Shown here in pieces: positions 52,837 to 64,000 of a stretch of 64,000 bases of DNA. The translations under genes and the position numbers were made by a program. The stretch's first letter is position 1, and every line of letters starts with the position of its first letter. Source of the DNA: Neocallimastix sp. 'constans' (lineage: Eukaryota); assembly GCA_050613775.1 (NCBI GenBank), contig JBODTK010000001.1, forward strand, positions 2,232,001-2,296,000. Reading direction: 5' to 3'. Below the pieces are notes generated by a model that was not told where the DNA came from, made no database searches, and was given only the letters and a program-made list of their open reading frames with translations.

Positions 52837-55836
52837 ATGTCAGATAATAGTATAGATATTCCAATATTGAAGGGAAATGATTCCTTATCTAAAAAGCAAC
52901 CTTCATTACCATATTTTCAAGCAACATCAAAATCAAATTCATCTCAAAATGAAAAATGGAGAAAAACTTTTAATATTAGCTTTATTTTTTGTATTATTAT
53001 AACAGTAATTTTTTTAATACCTTTAATACATAAGAAGGAATCTTGTAAGTTTATGCTTAAATTTAATTTAATTTTATTAATAAAATTATTTAAGGAAAAG
53101 AATTTTTAAATAAAATAAAATTATATTATTATATAATTAAATAATATTTATATATATTTTATGTTATTTTAATTTATAGATGATATACATGATACAAATT
53201 CTTGTTCAGCACTGATTAACAATGGCCATTGGGTATCTTCCCCTTCAAAAAACAATAGTTATTGGCAACCTGAAACCTGTGTAATAAAGAAGTATAGATA
53301 TGACTTGGAAAGTATTCAAGTATGTTTAAAAGATACAAATATAAATTTTGTAGGTGATATAACATTATCAAGATTATTTCAATATTTGGAAGCAGTAGTT
53401 TTTGGAAGTATAACAAGTAGTGATGATATAAAAGAGAAAAAAACCATTGAGAGAAATGTAGAAACTACAAAATTGGTTTATCATCAAGACAATTTTTTTG
53501 ATAGCGAATATTTTAATCAATTATTAAAACAAAATACAAGCATGAATACTAGAAATATATTTATTTTAAGTAGTGGAAAAACAATAATTAATGATAACTT
53601 AAATTCAAAAACAAATGAAATAAATGAAGTTGAATTTAATAAAGATAAAGATGAATGGTCAAAAAATTTTTTACAAACGTTGGTGAAAATTCAAAGAACA
53701 AATAATGAATACTACATAAGACTTTTAACTCCAATATTTGATATAGATGAAGACCAACCTATATCCAAGAGGTTGATTGAATGGAATGATTATATTACTC
53801 AAGTTACAGAAGATATAAGAGAAAAAGACATTAATGGAAAAGGAAATATTCATGTTCCATTATCTTGGAATAAATTATACTACGATTCTATTTACGATTA
53901 TGATAAGGATAATCGTGATGAATTTATTAAAAATATTGTAAGAGAAGAACTTAATCTATTTCTAAATTCAATTTGTAATAGCAAAATAAATACAACTGAT
54001 TCTACTTGCTGTATTAATTATTCAAAATCAAATATAAAACAAGATATTATTTTAATACTTTTATTTATTTTTGGTCCATTATCATTGTTTTATCGTAAAA
54101 TTAGTAAATATTAGTTATAATCATTATATTCCTTCTATATATTAATTAATTATTAAATATATATTATACGATAAAATTATTAAAATATTTATAAAATTAA
54201 TTATATATATAATATATTTTATATTTATATGTATATTTATTTATTATTGTAATTATTATATATTATTAATATTAATACTATTAATGATGAAATAGTTCAA
54301 AAATATTATTTAGTACCTCCAATGATAAATAGATATATTCCTGATGATGATTTAGTTATAAATCTGACCACACTAGCCTTAACAATTTATTTTTCATATA
54401 TAACTGATCATACAGCATTATTTTTAAAGGCCAATAAACAATATTCAATATTCAAATATTTAGTTTTATTAATTTTAATTTCTGTACCAATAATTAATTC
54501 AATTGAAACCTCAAAAAATACCACAATATTAAATTCAGAACAAGTAAGTGAATGGCAGGGTTTAATACTAGTATTGTACTTGATCATTCAATATTGTAAT
54601 GATTCAGAAGGTGATATTTCAAATAATATTACAAGAGTTTTTATTTCATCATATATGTTTTTAATTGGATATTCTAATTATGATTATTATTACCGTAAAG
54701 GAAATTATGAAATTATAAATTTTATATATTTAATTCTAAAAAAAGTAACTCTTCCTTTAATACTAGCATTTTCATTGAATAATAGTATAATTGATTACTT
54801 TTTTCCAATTATGAATATTTTTTGGTCATTAATTATTTATAGTACAATGGGTATTCTCGCATCATATAATAATAAAAGAAAATTCTTTTTAATAAAATTA
54901 GGATGTTCAATTGGTATTACATTCCTCATTTTTGTTTTACTACCATTTATTTCAAAATATATATTCATTATTTTGAGTGTGTTATTTGGTGTAGAATGGA
55001 ATTACCTTCAATGGAATCAATATATATCATTGGACTTTTGGACTGTTTGGATTGGTGTAGGGTTCTCATATCTTATCAATAATATATATGAAACAGTAGA
55101 TGATTTAGCTAGTCATAAATTTAAAATATCCACTTTAAATATAATTGGTATTGCGTCTTCAATAGGTGGATGCTTATTTGTTATACCAATTATGTTTATA
55201 GCTAGTAAGGGTACATATGATAAAATTCATCCATGGATTTCATTTATTATACCAATAGCTTATTTATTATTAAGAAACTCAAATCACATAATGAGAAAGA
55301 GAATCAGTAAATTTTTATGTTGGATAGGTTCATTTTCAATGGAAATATATGTTCTTTATAACCATTTTCTAATTTCCTCAAGTAGTAATGGTCACGGAGT
55401 AATTATTTATATTCACAATTCTTATTGGTGTAATTTAATTGTTTCGTGTATTATTCTTATTTGGCTTTCATATACAATGTCAAAAACCATTAATGGACTT
55501 TGTCGTTGGATTATTAATTCATTCTTTAATTTATCCTTATCATCAGCAAATACATATAACGCATTAAATAATAGCTCTACAAGCAATTTGCACTACGATA
55601 TAAATGGTTCAGTAAATTTAAATAATAACACTATAAATAATCTACAAGAGCCATCTTCAAGTGATGCACAAGTAACTTCAGATTCGAACGAAGAAAATAA
55701 TCTAAATAGTATTTTAAACAATAATAGTCAAGAAAATTTGACGTTAATGCAAGATCCAAATAATGAAACATTAAAATCTATACAATATCGTTGGTTTGGA
55801 CTTATTATTTTATTATGGATTATTAATATACTTTAA
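52837..55836 (+). CDS. Cas1p/CASD1-family membrane O-acetyltransferase (unrelated to CRISPR Cas1)
   Basis: Exons 52837-53044, 53180-54103 and 54296-55836 splice in frame. Lumenal domain: SCSALINNGHW..WQPETC..CLKDTNINFVGD and LFLNSICNSK..TCC. Multi-TM domain: ILNSEQVSEWQG, RVFISSYMFLIGY, LLRNS and WIGSFSMEIYVLYNH. Confidence 0.88.
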
Positions 55837-55897
55837 CAATTTTTTTTTTTTTTTATGTAATTTAATTTAATTTTTTTTTAATTTATTTTATTTTATT

Positions 55898-55944
<47 letters not shown>

Positions 55945-57010
55945 TTTGTCTTATTTTATATATATATATATATATATATAGTATTTTTTTTTTTTTTTTA
56001 AAAAAAAATAATAAAATAAAATATAAAAAATTAATAAATAAAAAATAATTAATTAAATAATTAAAAAAAAAAAAAATAAAATTGTAATAATAATAATAAT
56101 AATAATAATAACGTTAATAACAATAATAATAATAAAAATAATAGAAAAAAGTAAAATTAAAAATAAAGAAAAAAAATAAAAAATAAAAAAATAAAAAAAA
56201 AAATAACTGAATAAATAAATAAATAAATAAATATAAATAGTAATTATATAATGGTAATATTAATATAAAATTAATATTATTAATATTATTATAATTTATT
56301 TATAATAAATGAATTCATTTTATAAAAAATAGAATAAAATAATAAACTAATCTAATCTAATCTAGAATTAAATAAAATAAAATTAATAAACAAACAAACA
56401 AACAAATAAACAAAAAAAAAAAAAAAAAAAAAAAAAACTGATGTAAAGTATATTAAACTATTAAAGTATTAATAAAAATAAAATTAAATAAAAAAAAATA
56501 GTGAAATAATATAAATATAAAAGAGCGAACATAATATAACGGATGTAATTAATAATATATTAATTTTTTTAATTTCTTTATTACTTTTAATTTTTATATA
56601 ATAATATAATATATTAATTTTTTTTTTTTTTTAAATTTATAATTTAAAATTAATACAATAATTTTAAAATTAATAAAAATGTTTAAAATTCTAATTATAT
56701 AAATAACTCTATCAGTATTTTGAAAATCTTAACATGGTTGGATCCAATCACTGTAATCAAAGTTATTTTTTTGTTCTTCCTTAAATATTGTAATCTAGTT
56801 ATGGAAACCATTAATACCATTATTATTTTTTTTTTTCTTTTTTCATCAACAAAATTATGTTCGAAAGCAAAAGTATCCTCAAAACTTTACGATAATAACC
56901 TTTAAATCAGATATTATATAATTCTTTCTTAAGGAAAGCCCAATCATCCTCTCGCAATAAAATAATTGAACAGTTTTACTAATTTAATCTATAAATATTT
57001 AGAAATTGTT

Positions 57011-57240
57011 TATAAATAATAAATAATAAATAATAAATAATAAATAATAAATAATAAATAATAAATAATAAATAATAAATAATAAATAATAAATAATAAA
57101 TAATAAATAATAAATAATAAATAATAAATAATAAATAATAAATAATAAATAATAAATAATAAATAATAAATAATAAATAATAAATAATAAATAATAAATA
57201 ATAAATAATAAATAATAAATAATAAATAATAAATAATAAT
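57011..57240. repeat. (AAATAAT)n heptanucleotide satellite
   Basis: Direct reading. Confidence 0.9.
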
Positions 57241-59182
57241 AATTGAATAATAAATAATAAATAAATAAATAAATAATTGAATAATAAATAATAAATAAAT
57301 AAATAAATAATTGAATAATAAATAATAAATATATAATAATTAATAAATAATAAATAATTCTAAAAAATTGCCAATAGTTTATTTTATTATTTAATATTTA
57401 TTATTATTTATAATTAATTAATACTTAGAGTTAATTATAATTTAAATTTTATTATTATTTAAATTTTATTATTAATTATAATTAATTAATACTTTATAGT
57501 CTGTTATTATTCAATATTTTTATCTGGATTAATTTTAATTTCTTAAGTATTCAAAGAAGAAATTCAAAAATTATTCCCATTCCACCACTGCTATAAATTG
57601 TTTTTAATTAGTAGAATATATAAAATTTATATTGTAATAAATGATAAATAAATTATTTAATTAAAATAAAATAACTATAAAATTTAAATATGAATTAAAG
57701 TTAGTGGTTGTTTGAAAAAAAAATGAATAATTATATTAATAATATAGAATTACACTTATTAAATGTGATATTATTAAATATGATTAGTAAAATTTATACA
57801 ACTAAAAAAAATTACAACATATATTAGTAGTACATTATTTTATATTATCAACTATATATTTTTATGTAATAAATAGAAAAAAATTTTTTAATTAATATAA
57901 AAATATATAAAATAAAAAGTTTAAAATATAAATATTGAAATATAAAAATATGAAATATAAAATATTAAATATTAAATATTGTAATATAAAATATTGAAAT
58001 ATTAAAAATATTAAATATATAAAATATAGAAATATATAATGTATGTGTTATTATTTTAATATAATATAGAGCGTATAATATATTCTATTCGATTCTATTA
58101 AAATATATATATATATGTATAGACTAGTTGTATAACATCCTCTGTGTAATAGCAAATATTCAATATATACATATATATACATATATATATAAAAAAAAGG
58201 TTTGTTAATATATATTGTACATATATTAAATGTAAAAAAGAGTTTTTAGAAATTAAATTAATTAGTATAAAGTTTATTGGTAATATATTAATTATTAAAC
58301 TCTTTTCTCTTGTACTTTACATTTATTAATAATTCTAAAAATGAGTAAAAGTTGTTCGAGAATATAATTAAATCCTATATAATTAATGAATAATCCTTTT
58401 TTTTTTTTTTTTTTCAAAAAAAAAAAAAATTACTATAATAAAAAAAACAAGTATTAATTAATAAAATATTATAATTAACATTATTATTATTAAACCTTTT
58501 ATATAATCAATATTATAATTAATAATAAATATATATGTAAATTTTTTTAAAAAAAAGGAAAATAAAATAATTCATTTTATATTTTTCAGTATTAAAAGAA
58601 TTTTTATTTTATTCTTTAATAGGAAATTTTAAATTTTTATAGTATGATTTAAAATTTTATGATAAAAATAAATAATAGGCGTTAAATAGTATTAAAACAT
58701 TCATAAAACGAATATTTATAGTACTACTATTAAATATTTATAAACAATTTAATAAAGGAAAAAGGATTTTGATATTTATTATTAAAATAAATATCAATAA
58801 ATAAATATATATATATATCAACTATCTTTTAATATATAATAGATAATAATAGTATATTCACTAATTTTAAAAGACATTTTTTAATTAATTCTATTATATG
58901 AAATTATAGTAATAATAATTTTAGTTAATTAACTAAAATTTATTAACAGAAAAAAAAAATAATATATATAAGTTGTAATTATTTATTTATTCTTTATTTT
59001 GCTAATCAAATCTTTTATTTACGAAATCTTATCATAAAATTTATATCAGATATTATAAAAAAAAATTCCTTATTTTTTAATAATAAGATAAATAACACGA
59101 AAATAATTTTTTTTTCTTTTTTTTTTATATATCTCAAACTTACTGATATAAAGAAATAATAAAAAAAATAATAAATAAAACC

Positions 59183-59214
<32 letters not shown>

Positions 59215-59856
59215 TATACACTTATATAGAAATATATAATTAGTTTATTCAAATTTTTTCTATCTATTTTTTTTTTTTTTTTAAAAAAAAATTATTTTAA
59301 TATTATTTTATAATCAATTAAATTTATAATGAATTAAATATACAAAAGATTCAAAAAATTAAGAAAAAAAAAATAATTGAATTGAAGTTTAACAAAAGTA
59401 AAAAAAATATATTGTACATAAATCTTTTGTTTTTAACAACATTAATATAATCTAATATACACAAATTAAATAATATTATAAAATATAACTCTAATTTTCC
59501 TTTTTTTTTTATTAGTATTAAAAAAACAATAATAATAATAATAATAATAATTATAATATTAATACTTATATATTAAAATAATAAAAATTATTGTTAATAT
59601 AAAAAAATAATAAAACAATAATTATATTATAAAATAAAATTAAATAAAATTAAAATTAAAACAAATAAAATTATAAAATAAAAAACAGAAATAAAAAGCA
59701 AAAGAAAAAATAAAAATAAAAACAAAAATAAAATAAAAAAACAAAAAAAAAACAAAAAAAAACAAAAAAAAACAAAAAAAAAGAAAACTTATAATTAGTT
59801 TTAAATAATTAATTTATAAAATTTATAATAACTACTTTTATTGTTAATTAAAAAAA

Positions 59857-61605
59857 ATGGCTAAAAATAGTGGAAAAACTTCTAAAGCTAAAAAGAATGC
59901 TAAAAATAACGGTTTAGTCACTAACAGTAGTAATAAAAAAAAGAAGATGTATCCAGAAATATCAACAGTATGTGACTTCTTCTGTAGATATCTTGTTGAT
60001 TCTAATATGTTTAACTTGGAACAAATTTTGAATTTTAAAACCAACTTAAGAACAATTCTTACAAAGAAATATAAGCAATATACTTGGGATAAACGTCATC
60101 CATTAAAGGGTAATGCTTGTCGATCAATTCTTGTATTAAAGTCAACTTTTGATCCAGTTCTTATTGTTGCTGCCTATAAAGCTGGCTTTTTAAAAATAAA
60201 TGAGGATGTTAATACAAAATCCAAAGAAGATCAACAAATTATTTCACGTTTAAATACTTCAATTAATAACTTTACTAATATCATTACAATTACTCCACCA
60301 CCTGAGTTGGATGATGATTCGTCTATTGAATCATCATCACCAAATAGATTAAGTTTCATCGAAAGTAGTCCTGGTCTTACTGCCATTAGAACAAGTACAT
60401 TAGAAAAGGGACAAACTATTTCATATGAAATATTTAAAAGTATATTCTTAAAGAAAGGGGAATTTGTTTTATGGTGTGATCCTGGTTCTGTTTCATATTC
60501 TCTTGAAGATGGTCAAATTGTTACTTTATATGATAGAGAAAAGGAAAAGTTGGAGAATAAAAAAAATTCTGGAAATAAGAATAATAAATTAAATTCACCA
60601 AATAATAAAATTTTATCTAGTCATTCTCCTACTTTATCTGTTTCCCCTAATCTTTCGCGTTCGGAATCGTCCTCTACAAATGGTAAAAGATCACCATTGA
60701 TTTTACCAGCTGCTGCTATTTCAAAAAAAAATAAGAAAAAGAGTGTGAATAGGGAAAGAAAAGAAGAACCTTCAACTGGTGATGGAAGTCATTTATATAA
60801 TTCAATATATATCCAAAAAACTTCACCAAGTATTACTAAACATATGATCTCTTCTAAAGTTCAACAACAAAATGATTCTATGATTGATGAAATCTTAAAT
60901 GATGTTGTTCTTCCACCATCTTACACAACAGAAATTCAAAATTTACCTTCTGTTAATACTAAGCATTTATCAATATCTTCAGTTCCATCAATTTATTCTA
61001 ATAATATTCTTGTCAACTCAGGATTAAAAACTACAAGATCAAAATTCTTTAATTCTCTTGGAAGAGAAAGAAGGGTAATTATTATATATTATATATTATA
61101 TATTATATATATATAAATATATCTTATTTTTGTAAATAATTAAAAATTAATACAACATAATATATATTAATTATATTTTTAATATTATATCATAATAAAT
61201 ATAATATATTAAAATATATAATACTAATTATATTATTTTAATAAAAAAAAATTCTAATTATATATTTATTATTATTTTTTTTATATTGTATACATCCATC
61301 TTTTTTATTATTATTATTTTATTAAATAAATAAAGACTGATGAAAGTATGATATTTTCACCAGTATTGAACAGTAATGTATCAATAAATAAAGGAGAATC
61401 TTTCTTATCAGCTATCCCAAATAATAATGAATTAATTAATAATGAAATGACTATAAACAGTAGAAAAAATTCTTTTAATGACAATTACAACAAATTTATT
61501 TCTTCTTTATCTCAAGCATCTTCTGCTACTAGTAGAATTGGTGGAAATATAACTGAGACTCATCCATTTATTGGCCTTTTATCAAGATCAGCAGTTATTG
61601 TTTAA
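59857..61605 (+). CDS. BTG/Tob (APRO) domain protein with a long low-complexity C-terminus
   Basis: Exons 59857-61074 and 61336-61605. MYPEISTVCDFFCRYL..FKTNLRTILTKKYKQYTWDKRHPLKGNACRSI (Box A)..DPVLIVAA..GEFVLWCDPGSVSY (Box B). Confidence 0.85.
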
Positions 61606-61646
61606 TTTAAAATTAATAAAAATTAAAGCAAAAAATAAAAACAAAA

Positions 61647-61677
<31 letters not shown>

Positions 61678-62421
61678 TATATTTTAAACAATAATAAAGA
61701 TTAAAATAATAATCAATATTCTTTAAAATTAAAAAAGGAGAAAATAACATGATAAAATGCAACTAATTCAACATATTAATAGATTATTAAAACAAAACAA
61801 CAACAACAACAAAAAAAGAAAAAAAAAAAAAAAAAAAAGAATAATATTTATATTAATTATTAATTGTTACAAAAATATTTTATTATCTATATTTTAATAA
61901 ATTTCATTTTAATCAATCTCTCTTTTTTTTTTTTTATTTTAATTGAATATTTTTTAAAAACAAAACAAAACTAAAAACAAAAAATTAAAAACAATTTAGA
62001 TGAATTTATTTTAAAGGAATTAAAAAGGTAAATTTTATAATATATTTAAAAAAAAGCAAATTAACTATTTTTATTCTTAAATATTTTTTATTAATTATTT
62101 ATAAATTATATAGCCAAAAAAAAAAAAAAAAAAAAAAAATAGAATTGTTAATATATTATAAAATAAATATATATATATAAAATTCATTTTAAAGTGTTAA
62201 TAATTTTTTTTTTTAAAAAAAATTTAATAATAATAAAAATAATATAAAAACTTCAATAAAATTAAATAATAATAATAATAATAATAATTAACAAGATTCA
62301 TTTAACTTATATGATATTTATTATTGCTAATTATCAAGACTGAAAGGATATTGATTTAGTATTTTTTTATGTTTTGATAATTACTTAATAATAGATAAAT
62401 GAAAATAAAATAAAATAAAAT

Positions 62422-62474
<53 letters not shown>

Positions 62475-62864
62475 GAATAGGAAATTAAAAATAAAATAAA
62501 AACAAAAAAGTTAAAAAGTATATAAATTAAAAAGAAACAAAAAAAAAAAAAAAAAAAAAGAATAGTTAAATTATACGTATAAATATATCAAAAGAGATAA
62601 TAATAAAACAAAAAGGAAATTTTTTATAAAGATATCACTTTTTGATATTATTGTTTTTTCTTTATAAATATATAATAAATAAATGAATAAATAAATAAAT
62701 AAATAAATATTAAACAAGCAAATAAAAAAATCAATGAAAAAAAAAATAATAAATAAATAAAATAAAATAAAATCATAATATTAAATGCATACACTTTCAC
62801 ATACACAAGCAAAAACAAGCAAAAAGCAAGCAAATCAACAACGAAAAAGAGTCGATATAGCGAT

Positions 62865-62899
<35 letters not shown>

Positions 62900-63618
62900 A
62901 ATCAAGCAATCAAGCAATCAAGCAAGCGAACAAAAATAAAATAATAACAATAATAATAATAATAATTATAATTATAATTATAATTGTAATAATAATGATA
63001 TTAATAATATGTAATATCATAGCCTAATTTTTTAAAATAGAATATTGAATTATATATGTATAATATATATATATATTTTAAATAAAAAGAAATTGTTAAT
63101 ATAAATTTATATATAAATTTATATGTAAAGAAAACTAATATAACTATTTTCAGAAAAAAAAAATTTTTTTTTTTCTTTTTTTCAATTTTGGAAAAGGTAT
63201 ATAAGAAACTTTATAAATATATATGCAATAAGTAAATAAGTAAATAATAAAGTAAATAATAAATAAATAAATAAATAAATAATAATAATGATAATAATAA
63301 TAATAAATTTGTTTTATGGTATATAATAATATAGTTTTAAATTTTTTTATTTTAAAAAAAAAAAAAGCTGAAATATATTATATTTATTTATTATTAATCA
63401 ATAATTAAATAATTAAGAGAAAGAGAAAGACAAATATAATAAAAAAATAATATATATTTATATTATAGTGTTTTTCTTTTTTCTTTTTCCAATTAATTTA
63501 TTATATACTCATAAAAAAAAAAAAAAAAAAAATCAAAAATATAAATATTAAACATATTAATCTTTATATATATATATATAATAAAAACTATATTTTTATA
63601 TTGAATAAAATAATACAG

Positions 63619-63658
<40 letters not shown>

Positions 63659-64000
63659 GTAATAATAAATAATAAATTAAATAATAATATAAAATTTGTT
63701 TTAATTTATTATTATTAGTATTTTATATTAATTATTCTAATTAAATAGTTTTTTAATATTATAAATACAAAAAAAAAATTACAAAAAAAAAAAAAAAATT
63801 ATATAAATAATAATATTAATAATTATAATTATAATAATAATAAATTATAATATAAGAAAAAAAAATTATCAATATCATTTTTAATAATAATATTTTTAAA
63901 AAATAATAATAATAATAATAATAAAATTAATAATAATAATAAGAAGAATTGTAATAAAAATTATAATAAAAATTATAATAAAAATAATGAAATAAAACTG

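Noticed and set aside
56720..57595. Minus-strand exon-like fragments (LREDDWAFLKKELY; FDYSDWIQPC)
   Set aside because: Interrupted by stops and frameshifts, with no identifiable family.

Overview
Extremely AT-rich, intron-rich, microsatellite-laden eukaryotic DNA. The flagellar genes (IFT27, CFAP73/CCDC42) and fungal-type PAT1, CTI6 and Cas1p suggest a zoosporic fungus, most likely an anaerobic gut fungus (Neocallimastigomycota); this is inference. Nine host genes are supported: PAT1 (runs off the left edge), a Cti6-like PHD protein, MTR4, a histone-fold TAF3/TAF8-like gene, IFT27, FERRY3/C12orf4, CFAP73/CCDC42, a Cas1p/CASD1 O-acetyltransferase and a BTG/Tob-domain protein. The centre of the window (36036-49231) is a young nested retrotransposon pair. 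The outer element is a Ty1/copia sitting in an (AAT)n tract; its primer-binding site matches the anticodon arm of tRNA-Lys(CUU), i.e. a half-tRNA primer, and its pol is split by an ATGA stop/start overlap. Inside its RNase H is an intact Ty3/gypsy chromovirus with non-canonical TA...TA LTR ends, an 11-nt Tf1-type self-priming signal and a GC-rich folded leader. Also present are a 303-bp MITE with a 9-bp TSD, a 56-bp satellite found at two loci, and several decayed retroelement remnants. All comparisons were made by eye.
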